Shown one piece after another: positions 1 to 8,191 of a DNA stretch of 43,596 nt (its first letter is position 1; every line of letters starts with the position of its first letter). A model generated the notes under the pieces. The model was not told where the DNA came from and did no database searches. It saw only the letters and a program-made list of their open reading frames with translations. The stretch comes from an uncultured Candidatus Saccharibacteria bacterium. GTDB taxonomy: Bacteria > Patescibacteriota > Minisyncoccia > Minisyncoccales > CAZBVF01. The position numbers and the translations under genes are program-made. The DNA lies in NCBI GenBank assembly GCA_964495335.1, contig CAZBVF010000029.1, positions 1-43,596 on the forward strand, given 5' to 3'.

Positions 1-1914
1 AGTTATGGTTATATAAGGAAGGCTGAATTTTTCGCAAACTTTTTTTACCAATGATTTGGTCGTTTCAATATCGGTTATTTTTTCTCCGAGGAAAAGGTGT
101 AAAACCGTACCTCCTGTATATTTTGACTGAATATTATCTTGAAGCTTTAAAGCTTCAAAGACATCTTCCGTGTAATTTACGGGTAGCTGGCTTGAGTTAG
201 TGTAATAAGGACTTTCCTTGCTACCTGCTGTAATAATGTCAGGATGTATTTTTTTGTCTTTAAGAGCCAATCTATAAGCTGTTGATTCAGCAGGAGTTGC
301 TTCAAGATTGTAAAGGTTTCCCGTTTCTTCTTGGTATTCTACAAGCCTTTCTCTCATAAATTCCAAAACTTCTTCAGCAAATTTTATTCCTCTTTTAGAT
401 CCGATATTTTCCCCGATAAAGTTTAATAATGCTTCATTCATCCCGACAAGGCCTATTGTTGAGAAATGATTGCCCCAATAACTTCCCCTCATTTTCTTTA
501 TTCCTTCAAGGTAAAACTTGGAATAAGGATAAAGGCCTTTTTCCATAAAATTATCAAGTGCCTTTCTTTTTATCTCCAAACTCTCTTTGGCCAAGTCCAT
601 GGACTTTACCAATTTTTCAAAGAATTCCTTTTTGGTTTTTGATTCATAACCGATTCTGGGAAGATTAACGGTTACAACTCCTATCGAGCCTGTTAAAGGG
701 TCGGAACCGAAAAGACCTCCTCCTCTCTTGAGAAGCTCTTTGTTTGAAAGTCTCAACCGGCAACACATACTTCTCACATCCTTGGGATCCATATCCGAAT
801 GAATGAAATTAGAAAAATAATTTACCCCGTACTTTGCAGTTGCTTCCCAAAGAGGATCTAAGTTTTTATCATTCCAGTCAAAGTCCTCGGTAATATTGAC
901 TGTCGGAATAGGAAAAGTAAAAGGTCTTCCCTTTGCATCTCCTTCCATTAAACACTCGTAAAAAGCGTGATTTATAATATCCATCTCATCCTGAAAATCC
1001 TTATAGTTTTCATTTTGAGGCTCTCCTCCGATAATAACCGGCTGGTCAGCTAAAGAAGGAGAAGGATTAATATCTAAGGTAATGTTTGAAAAAGGAGTCT
1101 GAAATCCTACTCTCGTTGGAATAGCCATATTAAAAAGGAACTCCTGAATGGATTGCTTTACCTGGTAATAGCTTAATTTGTCATATCTGACAAAAGGAGC
1201 AAGAAGAGTGTCAAAAGAAGAAACTGCCTGAGCTCCTGCTGATTCACCTTGTAATGTATAGAAAAAATTAACCAGTTGACCTAAGGCAGTTCTAAGATGT
1301 TTTGGAGGTTTGGATTCAATCTTACCGGGAACTCCTTTAAATCCGTTAACAAGAAGTCCGTATAAATCCCACCCGCAGCAATAAGTGGAAAGACTATCCA
1401 AGTTATGAATATGCATATCTCCGCTCTCAACAGCTTTCCTTATCTCTGTCGGGTATACTCTGTTAAGCCAATATTTTTTTGTAATGCTTGAAACAGCATA
1501 ATGGTTCAGGCCTTGAAGAGAATAAGCCATGTTTGCATTTTCGTAAACCTGCCAATCAAGTTCTTTTATGTACTTGTCAATCATTTCAAGAGATTCGTCT
1601 ATGCTTCCCGCAGCTTCTCTTATCCTTCTTCTTTGTTCTCTGTAAAGAATATATGCTTTTGCTGTTTCGGGTAAGTTTTCCAATATAAGAACCTCCTCTA
1701 CAATATCTTGGATCTGTTCAACAGTTGGAGTTTCGTCTTCTTTAAATCTCTTATTTAATAGATTAATGACTCTTTCGGAAACCTTTCTTGAAACTTCCCC
1801 GTCACCCTGATTTGTAGCGGTAACAGCTTTATAAATAGCTTCTCTTATTTTCGATTCGTTAAAATCAACTATTCTCCCGTCTCTTTTCTTAACTTTTAGA
1901 ATTTTGTTTTTCAT
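1..1914 (-). CDS. nrdD: Anaerobic ribonucleoside-triphosphate reductase (class III RNR, NrdD), N-terminal 638 codons; 3' end runs off the window
   Basis: Absent from the supplied ORF track because it has no in-window stop. Hand translation of the minus strand from ATG 1914-1912 stays open to base 1. It reads MKNKILKVKKRDGRIVDFNESKIREAIYKA (ATP-cone), HIHNLDSLSTYCCGWDL, DVRSMCCRLRLSNKEL and YNLEATPAESTAYRLA, all typical of NrdD. Confidence 0.9.
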   Translation of the reverse strand, partial: MKNKILKVKKRDGRIVDFNESKIREAIYKAVTATNQGDGEVSRKVSERVINLLNKRFKEDETPTVEQIQDIVEEVLILENLPETAKAYILYREQRRRIREAAGSIDESLEMIDKYIKELDWQVYENANMAYSLQGLNHYAVSSITKKYWLNRVYPTEIRKAVESGDMHIHNLDSLSTYCCGWDLYGLLVNGFKGVPGKIESKPPKHLRTALGQLVNFFYTLQGESAGAQAVSSFDTLLAPFVRYDKLSYYQVKQSIQEFLFNMAIPTRVGFQTPFSNITLDINPSPSLADQPVIIGGEPQNENYKDFQDEMDIINHAFYECLMEGDAKGRPFTFPIPTVNITEDFDWNDKNLDPLWEATAKYGVNYFSNFIHSDMDPKDVRSMCCRLRLSNKELLKRGGGLFGSDPLTGSIGVVTVNLPRIGYESKTKKEFFEKLVKSMDLAKESLEIKRKALDNFMEKGLYPYSKFYLEGIKKMRGSYWGNHFSTIGLVGMNEALLNFIGENIGSKRGIKFAEEVLEFMRERLVEYQEETGNLYNLEATPAESTAYRLALKDKKIHPDIITAGSKESPYYTNSSQLPVNYTEDVFEALKLQDNIQSKYTGGTVLHLFLGEKITDIETTKSLVKKVCEKFSLPYITIT

Positions 1915-1948
1915 ATAAAAAGAAATAAAAAAACGATGCAATTATTAC

Positions 1949-1977
1949 ATTCTATCCCGATTAAAAAAAGGGGTCAA
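1949..1977 (-). promoter_or_regulatory. Candidate sigma70-type promoter for nrdD (TTGACC-17 nt-TAGAAT)
   Basis: On the minus strand, -35 TTGACC (1977-1972), 17-nt spacer, -10 TAGAAT (1954-1949), about 34 nt upstream of the nrdD ATG. By-eye match only. Confidence 0.45.
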
Positions 1978-1991
1978 ACAGTGTTGAACCC
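1963..1991 (-). terminator. Candidate intrinsic terminator after ftsZ
   Basis: Minus strand reads GGGT(T)CAA-CACTGT-TTGACCC followed by CTTTTTTT. This is a 7-bp stem with one bulge plus a T7 run, 40 nt downstream of the ftsZ stop. It overlaps the nrdD -35. Confidence 0.4.
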
Positions 1992-2017
1992 TTATATCTC
2001 CTTAGTTTTTAAAAAAG

Positions 2018-2026
2018 TTATCCACA
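2018..2026 (+). promoter_or_regulatory. Perfect DnaA-box consensus TTATCCACA
   Basis: Exact 9/9 match to the DnaA box consensus, about 40 nt upstream of the nrdD -35 on the opposite strand and 4 nt from the ftsZ stop. Confidence 0.35.
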
Positions 2027-2030
2027 ATAA

Positions 2031-2960
2031 TTATTTCTTTTCGAATCCGGTTGCTATTACCATAACTTTTACCTCTCCCTTTTTAATGTTTTTTCCGTAA
2101 ACGGCTCCGAATATTATTTTCGCATCATCTTTAACATTTCTAGTGATAGTTTGAGCCGCTCTGTTTATCTCAGCCAAGCTCAGATCATTCCCTCCTGATA
2201 TATTAAATAAAATTCCCCTTGCCCCGTGAGATAAAAACCCAACCAAGGGAGAGTTAACAGCTTTACTCACGGCCTTTTCTATTCTTTTTTCTCCCTTTGC
2301 CTTCCCCTGGCCGAAAAAGGCTCTTCCGGAATTATTTAAAATAGATTTAAGGTCTGCGAAGTCAATATTAATTATCCCAGGGACGGTTATTAAGTCAGAC
2401 ATTGTTTCAACAGCCTCTCTTAAGATATCATCACAAGCCCAAAAAGCAGAAAGCAAAGTCGTATCCTTACCTGAAAGAGAAAGCACCTTTTCGTTAGGAA
2501 TAACGATAAGAGTGTCAACTTTATCCTTTATTCTCTGTAGTCCTTTTTTAGCTATTCTCATTCTTGGCAGGCCTTCAAACTTAAAAGGAGTGGTAATAAC
2601 GGCTATTGTTAAAATTCCCAATGATTTTGCTATGTCAGCTATAGCGGGAGCAGCTCCGGTACAAGTCCCTCCACCAAATCCTCCGGTTATAAAAAGCATA
2701 TCCGTTCCCTGGATAGCCTTTTTTATTTCTTCTCTCTGCTCTTCTACAGATTTTTTTCCCAATTCAGGATTCATTCCTGCTCCCAGCCCTTTAGTAGTTT
2801 CTTTGCCAATTTGAATCTTTAAATCTGCTTTGGTTTTTTCAAGATCCTGAAGATCCGTGTTTACAGCTATCAACTCAACTCCTCTTATTTTACAAGAGCT
2901 CATCCTTGAAATTGCGTTAGATCCGGATCCCCCAGCACCAATTACTTTTATTTTAGTCAT
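2031..2960 (-). CDS. ftsZ: Cell division GTPase FtsZ (short, 309 aa, no C-terminal linker or tail)
   Basis: IKVIGAGGSGSNAISRM, GGFGGGTCTGAAPAIA (tubulin signature) and NIDFADLKS (T7 loop). It ends 3 aa after the core motif VIATGF. Located downstream of ftsA. Confidence 0.95.
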   Translation of the reverse strand: MTKIKVIGAGGSGSNAISRMSSCKIRGVELIAVNTDLQDLEKTKADLKIQIGKETTKGLGAGMNPELGKKSVEEQREEIKKAIQGTDMLFITGGFGGGTCTGAAPAIADIAKSLGILTIAVITTPFKFEGLPRMRIAKKGLQRIKDKVDTLIVIPNEKVLSLSGKDTTLLSAFWACDDILREAVETMSDLITVPGIINIDFADLKSILNNSGRAFFGQGKAKGEKRIEKAVSKAVNSPLVGFLSHGARGILFNISGGNDLSLAEINRAAQTITRNVKDDAKIIFGAVYGKNIKKGEVKVMVIATGFEKK

Positions 2961-2963
2961 AGT

Positions 2964-4199
2964 TTAAGGCACGAAAACCTTTAAAAGCTTTTTTATTTTC
3001 TCAATTAATCCTTCCTTGTTCTCTTCTGAAAAATCTTCAAAGTTTGAAAGAGCAAGCCCCCAGACCGTGCTAAAGCAAGGGTCTTCTTCTAATTCTCCAG
3101 CAAATTCTTCGCCAACTTCCTTGTTTTTAAAAACAGGAACTCCTATTTTACAAGGAAGCTTTAGCTCCTTTTTTGCAAGTTCAACAATTCCGGGCATCTT
3201 TGATCCTCCCCCGGTAATAACAACTCCTCCAGGCAAACTCCCAGCAGAAGATTTTTTAATTTCATCTTTGACAACATCAAAAATATCAGAAAGCCTGGCC
3301 TTGATAGTTTTAGTCAAAACTCGGGAAGAAAAATTTAGACAATTAAGAGGTATCTCTTTTTCTTCTTTTTCTTTCTTTTTCAAAGATTTCCCCCCTTTTG
3401 ATTTAAGACAATGACCAAATTCCTTTTTTATTTTTTCTGCTACATTCACATCCGTCCTTAAGGCAACCGCAATATCATCGGTAATATGGTCAGAACCAAT
3501 AGGAATAACTTTCAAATGACACAAATCCCCTTCCTTGTATATAGCAAGATCTGTAGTACCTGCTCCAATGTCAAGCAAAACAACTCCCAATTCTTTTTGT
3601 TGGGAAGTCAAGCATGATTCCGCAGAAGCTACAGGATTGCAAATAATTTCCATAATGTTTCCTATGTCAGCACCTGCGCAAGCTTCGTTAAGATTTCTGT
3701 AATAAGGAGAGAAAACTCCAATAGAAGTGACCTCTGATTCCAGTTTTATGCCTTTCATCCCAACGGGATCTTTAACTCCCTGACCTTCGTCAACAAAATG
3801 TCTTTTTTCAAAAAAATTTATGATTTCTGTGTTTTCAGGTAAAGAAAAAGCTCTGGCTGCTTGAACGGATCTTTCCACGTCTTCAGGAGAAATACTGCGG
3901 TCAACCCTTGAAATGGCAACAGAGCCTTTGGAAGAAGCTAAAAAAATATGACTTCCTCCAATATTAACAATAACTTTATTAATTCTTTTCTCTATTTTCT
4001 CTTGAATTTTATCTAAAACATCAGCGATGTTTCGAGAAACTTTTTCAGAGTCTTCAACAACACCTCTTCTCATTCCAAAATTAGGTATCTGGACTTTAGC
4101 TAAAATTTCAAACTCCCCGGATCTCTTTTTTTCAGAAACCACAAGAGCTTTAATTGATTTTGTTCCTATATCAAGTGCGGTTATAATATTATTTCCCAT
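2964..4199 (-). CDS. ftsA: Cell division protein FtsA (actin-like ATPase)
   Basis: ALDIGTKSIKALV, VLLDIGAGTTDLAIY and VVITGGGSKMPG, with a C-terminal amphipathic segment LIEKIKKLLKVF. Conserved ftsA-ftsZ order. Confidence 0.93.
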   Translation of the reverse strand: MGNNIITALDIGTKSIKALVVSEKKRSGEFEILAKVQIPNFGMRRGVVEDSEKVSRNIADVLDKIQEKIEKRINKVIVNIGGSHIFLASSKGSVAISRVDRSISPEDVERSVQAARAFSLPENTEIINFFEKRHFVDEGQGVKDPVGMKGIKLESEVTSIGVFSPYYRNLNEACAGADIGNIMEIICNPVASAESCLTSQQKELGVVLLDIGAGTTDLAIYKEGDLCHLKVIPIGSDHITDDIAVALRTDVNVAEKIKKEFGHCLKSKGGKSLKKKEKEEKEIPLNCLNFSSRVLTKTIKARLSDIFDVVKDEIKKSSAGSLPGGVVITGGGSKMPGIVELAKKELKLPCKIGVPVFKNKEVGEEFAGELEEDPCFSTVWGLALSNFEDFSEENKEGLIEKIKKLLKVFVP

Positions 4200-4611
4200 A
4201 AAAAGTTGAAATTTTATTCAAATATTTTCTCTCTTTTCTTCTCATTTTTTCAGCCTCGGGGGCTGATCCCTCATGATCAAAGCCCATTAAGTGAAGAGCT
4301 CCGTGAACAAGAACTCTGATTATTTCTTCTTGAAAAGAAACATTGATCTTTTTTGCGTTCTCTTCCACCCTCAAGGGACAAATAATTATTTCACCCAAAA
4401 AGTTTTTTTCCGAAAAACCGAAAGAGAGAACATCCGTTACTTCTTTCTTTTTTCTGTATTCAAAATTAATTCTCTTAATTTCTTCCGGGTCAACCAAGGC
4501 AACAGAGACTTCTCTCTTTCTGATCAATTCTCCTTTCAGTACAATCTCTAAGGCTTTCTTCAAAATTTTTTCATCCACCTTAAAATTGCTTAAATTGTTT
4601 ATCTCAATCAT
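4189..4611 (-). CDS. ybeY: rRNA maturation endoribonuclease YbeY
   Basis: Zinc motif HGALHLMGFDHE, 140 aa, in the conserved rpsU-yqeY-ybeY neighbourhood. Confidence 0.9.
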   Translation of the reverse strand: MIEINNLSNFKVDEKILKKALEIVLKGELIRKREVSVALVDPEEIKRINFEYRKKKEVTDVLSFGFSEKNFLGEIIICPLRVEENAKKINVSFQEEIIRVLVHGALHLMGFDHEGSAPEAEKMRRKERKYLNKISTFYGK

Positions 4612-5108
4612 TAAGACAATAGTTCTTTTGCTATTCTGTTTACTTCAGAACCATCTGCCTTTCCTTTAACCTTGGGCATAACAGAAGACATAACTTTACC
4701 AATATCTTTCATGCTTTCAGCCCCCGATTCTTGAATTGCGTTTTCTATTATTTTTTTCAATTCCTGTTCTCCCATTTGTTCTGGCAAATATTTTTTTAAT
4801 ACTTCAAGCTCTTCTTTTTCTTTCCGAGCCAATTCTTCCCGGCCACCTTTTTCAAATTCACTAATGGATTCTTTTCTTTTTTTTGCCTCAGAAAAAACAA
4901 CTTCAGTAATTTCTTCATCATTAAGAGAAGATTTTTCTGAAAGTTCTTGTTCTTCCAATCCTGTTTCTTCTTTGGTGAGATTATATCTTTTTTCTTTTTC
5001 TTTGTTCTCAATTCCAGACAGAAGCAACCGGAGAACAGAAATCTCTTTTTCTTTTTTCCCCTTAATGGCTGAATTCAAATCTTCTCTAATTTTTTCTTTT
5101 AAAGTCAT
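4611..5108 (-). CDS. yqeY: GatB/YqeY domain protein
   Basis: K/E-rich protein of about 165 aa with the typical YqeY layout (LKxxLxxAMK..., ...EIxxVLKKYLPEQ, ...GKVMxxVMPKVKGKADG). ATG at 5108; the track's TTG at 5114 is probably an over-extension. Confidence 0.8.
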   Translation of the reverse strand: MTLKEKIREDLNSAIKGKKEKEISVLRLLLSGIENKEKEKRYNLTKEETGLEEQELSEKSSLNDEEITEVVFSEAKKRKESISEFEKGGREELARKEKEELEVLKKYLPEQMGEQELKKIIENAIQESGAESMKDIGKVMSSVMPKVKGKADGSEVNRIAKELLS

Positions 5109-5316
5109 TTCCAAATTTTTTCTTTTTTTCGTATTCGGCTTTCAATTTTTCTTTTCTCAAAGCAGCTCTTTTTTTAAGCTGTTCTGATTTTTCTCTTTTT
5201 CTGAATCTGCTCTTCCTTGCCCTAATCAAAACTCCGCTTCTCTGAACACTTTGAGTGAAGCGCCTAATTAAGCTTTGAGGGTTTTCTTTTGGTTTTCTTT
5301 TTATTTCTATAGCCAT
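5086..5316 (-). CDS. rpsU: 30S ribosomal protein S21
   Basis: MAIEIKRKPKENPQSLIRRFTQSVQRSGVLIRARKSRFRKREKSEQLKKR matches the S21 pattern. The internal ATG at 5316 is preferred over the track start at 5364. Confidence 0.85.
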   Translation of the reverse strand: MAIEIKRKPKENPQSLIRRFTQSVQRSGVLIRARKSRFRKREKSEQLKKRAALRKEKLKAEYEKKKKFGNDFKRKN

Positions 5317-5372
5317 TTTTTTTAAAGCATTAAACCTGAGTGAAATTAATAAAAATCCTTCCACTTCGAAAT

Positions 5373-5720
5373 TTACAATACTTCTTTTTCTTTTTTATTA
5401 TCCCATCCCGCCAATAAGTGCAAGTGGATGTGATCTATAATCTGCCCGCCTCCCTTACCAACGTTAAAAAGTAACTTATAACCTTTTTCTTTGACTCCTT
5501 CTTTTTCGGCTATTCTTTTAGCAACAAGAAAGAGTTCTCCTATCATCTCTTTGTCTTTTTCTTCTAAGTGATTTATGGAAGAAATATGTTTCTTGGGAAC
5601 AATTAAGAGATGAATTGGGGCTTTCGGATTTATATCCTTGAAAGAAATAAAACTTTCGTCTTCATAAACAATATCGGAAGGAATTTCTTTTTTTATAATT
5701 TTACAAAAAAGACAATCCAT
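5373..5720 (-). CDS. HIT-family (histidine triad) nucleotide hydrolase
   Basis: Histidine triad HIHLHLL near the C-terminus and N-terminal CLFCKI, 115 aa. Confidence 0.88.
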   Translation of the reverse strand: MDCLFCKIIKKEIPSDIVYEDESFISFKDINPKAPIHLLIVPKKHISSINHLEEKDKEMIGELFLVAKRIAEKEGVKEKGYKLLFNVGKGGGQIIDHIHLHLLAGWDNKKEKEVL

Positions 5721-5721
5721 C

Positions 5722-6999
5722 TTATTTCTTTAAAAGCTTTTTGGTTTCTTTTATTATCTTATCAATTTTTACCTCTCTTTGTCTCCCGCTAGACATATCC
5801 CTTATTATCACATTTCCCTCAACTGCTTCTTTCTGTCCTATTATCAAACAATGTTCAGCTCCTATTTTATCAGCTTTATTAAGCTGAGCTTTAAGACTGT
5901 CTTTGTTAAAGCTCTCGCCAATTGAAACTTTTGCCTTTCTAAACTCTTCTGCTAAAGCCAAACTTTTTCTTTTCGCCAAACTGCCGATTTGAGCAATAAA
6001 AATTTTAGGCTGGTTAGCCTTAACTCTTTTAAGGGGAGTTTCTTTCATTAAACTAATCACCCTTTCCACTCCGCAAGCACCCCCGCAAGCAGGAGTTTCT
6101 CTCCCTCCTAAGAGCTTAATAAGATTATCATATCTTCCTCCTCCAAGAAAAGTACCCTGTCCCGATTCTTCTTTTCCCTTTATCTCAAAAACCGTTTTAG
6201 TATAATAGTCAAGACCTCTGACAAGATAAGGATTTAGGTCATAAGGAATATTTAATTCATCAAGAAATTCAAGAACCTGCTTGAAATGAGACTTGCAATC
6301 ATCGCAAAGATGATCAACTATTTGAGGAGCTTGGCTACACACTCTCTGACATTTTTCTTCCTTACAGTCAAGAACCCTCAAGGGATTAGATTTTATTCTT
6401 TTCCTACAATTAGCACAAAGGGAATTTTTTCTTGATCTTAAATAGCTCACCAAAAGCTTTTTGTAGTAAGACCTGCAATGACTACAGCCCATTGAATTAA
6501 CTTCAACAACCAAATCTTTTAATTTTAATTCTCCTAAAATATTAAAAGAAATTTGGATTATCTGAGCATCAAGGGCAGGAGAAACATCTCCTAAAACTTC
6601 AAACCCGAATTGCCAAAATTGCCTATATCTTCCAGACTGAGGTTTTTCATGGCGGAAAAAAGGCCCAAAATGCCACAGCTTAACGGGCTGAGGCAAACTT
6701 CCCATTCCATGCTCTATGTAAGATCTGGCTATAGAAGCAGTCCCTTCGGGCCTTAAAACAAGATAGTCTCCTCCTTTTGTTTTAAAGTCAAACATTTCTT
6801 TTTCAACAATATCAGTATTTTTACCGACTCCCTTTAAAAAAAGATCCGCTTTTTCAACAATAGGAGTCTCAATTCTTTCAAATCCGTAAAAATCGGCCAT
6901 TTCTTTGCAGACCTTGAAAACCTTGTCAAAATAAGGCCAGTCTTCGGGCAAAATATCGTGCATGCCAACCGGAGTTTGAAACTTTATTTTCTTTGACAT
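5722..6999 (-). CDS. hisS: Histidyl-tRNA synthetase
   Basis: Class II motifs (GMHDILPED, YLVLRPEGTASIARSY, FGPFFRHEKPQSGRYRQFWQ, GGGRYD) plus a C-terminal anticodon-binding domain. ATG at 6999; the track start at 7005 is TTG. Confidence 0.93.
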   Translation of the reverse strand: MSKKIKFQTPVGMHDILPEDWPYFDKVFKVCKEMADFYGFERIETPIVEKADLFLKGVGKNTDIVEKEMFDFKTKGGDYLVLRPEGTASIARSYIEHGMGSLPQPVKLWHFGPFFRHEKPQSGRYRQFWQFGFEVLGDVSPALDAQIIQISFNILGELKLKDLVVEVNSMGCSHCRSYYKKLLVSYLRSRKNSLCANCRKRIKSNPLRVLDCKEEKCQRVCSQAPQIVDHLCDDCKSHFKQVLEFLDELNIPYDLNPYLVRGLDYYTKTVFEIKGKEESGQGTFLGGGRYDNLIKLLGGRETPACGGACGVERVISLMKETPLKRVKANQPKIFIAQIGSLAKRKSLALAEEFRKAKVSIGESFNKDSLKAQLNKADKIGAEHCLIIGQKEAVEGNVIIRDMSSGRQREVKIDKIIKETKKLLKK

Positions 7000-7001
7000 A
7001 T

Positions 7002-7541
7002 TCAATAACTTGGTACTTCAATTTTAGTAAAGGAAGAAAACGGCCAAGCTCTTAAAAAAACTTTTCCGATAATATTTTCTTCGGGCAACGGCCCCCATCT
7101 TCTGGAATCATAAGAAGAATCTCTATTGTCTCCCAAAACAAAATATTGCTGATTATTCAAAACAACATGAGTGTCTCCGTTTGTGTTGTCATAAAGATAT
7201 TCAGACTCATCAAGAATTACTTCTTCTCCTTCTTTGATAATCTTAATAACGCCTTTTTCTATTATCACTTCTTCTCCCGGAAGCCCGATAACTCTTTTAA
7301 TAAAGTTTTGAGAAGGATAAGCCGGAGATCTGAAAACTATTACATCTCCTCTTTGAGGATCATCGAATCGATAAGAAATCTCATCAACTATAAGATAGTC
7401 ACTATTTGAAAAATTCGGTTCCATTGACTGACCTCTTACTAAAAAAGGCTGAAACACAAAATAGCGGATAGGGATTACTATCAGCAAAGCAACTATTATA
7501 ATCTTTATAACTTCCCAAATAAAAAGAATTAACGACTTCAT
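7002..7541 (-). CDS. lepB: Signal peptidase I
   Basis: TM segment followed by VRGQSMEPNF (catalytic Ser), RGDVIVF, IKRVIGLPGE and GDNRDSSYDSRRWGP. ATG at 7541 is preferred. The track start at 7583 is TTG, and that extension contains a strong promoter. Confidence 0.88.
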   Translation of the reverse strand: MKSLILFIWEVIKIIIVALLIVIPIRYFVFQPFLVRGQSMEPNFSNSDYLIVDEISYRFDDPQRGDVIVFRSPAYPSQNFIKRVIGLPGEEVIIEKGVIKIIKEGEEVILDESEYLYDNTNGDTHVVLNNQQYFVLGDNRDSSYDSRRWGPLPEENIIGKVFLRAWPFSSFTKIEVPSY

Positions 7542-7550
7542 GTCACCTGA

Positions 7551-7578
7551 ATTATACCAAATTTCTATCTTTTTGCAA
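7551..7578 (-). promoter_or_regulatory. Promoter for the lepB operon: TTGCAA-16 nt-TGgTATAAT, 9 nt before the ATG (near-leaderless)
   Basis: Minus strand: TTGCAA (7578-7573), 16-nt spacer ending in TGG, TATAAT (7556-7551), then tcaggtgac, then ATG at 7541. Confidence 0.6.
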
Positions 7579-7624
7579 CTCAAGTCATAATCTCGTTTTT
7601 CATTATTAATTATTTGCGTTTATA

Positions 7625-7633
7625 TGTTAAAAT
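7625..7633 (+). promoter_or_regulatory. Extended -10 (TGtTAAAAT) 6 nt upstream of the pth ATG (leaderless-type)
   Basis: TG 7625-7626, TAAAAT 7628-7633, spacer accaat, ATG 7640. No SD. Confidence 0.5.
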
Positions 7634-7639
7634 ACCAAT

Positions 7640-8191
7640 ATGATTTTAATCGTAGGACTGGGAAATCCAGGAGAAAAATTTAAAGGGACCAGACATAATA
7701 TAGGGTTCAAAATAATTGAGAAATTCGCCCAAGAGAATGAATTCCCCGAATTTAAGCCTTTAAAAAAAGCCGACTCTTTGATTTCAGAAAAAGTTTTAAA
7801 CGGGGAAAAAATAACTCTCTTAAAACCTCAAACCTTTATGAATAATTCGGGGATATCCGTTAAAAAATTTTTGAAGAATCGAGAAGCAAAAACATGGATT
7901 GTCCATGACGAAGCCGATCTTAATTTAGGAGAAATTAAAATATCAGAAAACAGAGGGTCTGCCGGACACAAAGGAATTCAATCAATAATTGATAACCTGG
8001 GAACCAAAGAATTAACAAGATTCAGGATAGGCATAGGGCCAAAAGAAAATTTAGAAAGTTTTGTGATTAAAAAATTTAAAGAAGAAGAAAAAGAAAAATT
8101 AAAAGAAACAATAAAAAAAGCTGTTCGGATAATAGAAAGATCATTGAAAGAAGGAATTGAAAAAACAAAAAGCAGCATGAATGAAGAATAA
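7640..8191 (+). CDS. pth: Peptidyl-tRNA hydrolase
   Basis: LIVGLGNPGEKFKGTRHNIGF, KPQTFMNNSGISV, VHDEADLNLGEIK, GSAGHKGIQSI. Confidence 0.92.
   Translation: MILIVGLGNPGEKFKGTRHNIGFKIIEKFAQENEFPEFKPLKKADSLISEKVLNGEKITLLKPQTFMNNSGISVKKFLKNREAKTWIVHDEADLNLGEIKISENRGSAGHKGIQSIIDNLGTKELTRFRIGIGPKENLESFVIKKFKEEEKEKLKETIKKAVRIIERSLKEGIEKTKSSMNEE

Noticed and set aside
751-770. 13-nt identity (aagtctcaaccgg) between the nrdD coding sequence and the hairpin region at 11778-11790, and GGTTGA-type stems shared by the hairpins at 10178 and 11753
   Set aside because: Matches of this length are expected by chance among all word pairs in a 43.6-kb window. There is no extended similarity around them.
7542-7583. 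Longer TTG-initiated N-terminal extensions in the ORF track: lepB 7583, hisS 7005, yqeY 5114, yvcK 28458, rpsU 5364, GerMN 31053, the endonuclease 22585 and GTG 43591 in ileS
   Set aside because: In each case an in-frame ATG just downstream fits the conserved N-terminus, and it avoids reading through a promoter, a tRNA or the upstream gene. ileS simply continues off the window.
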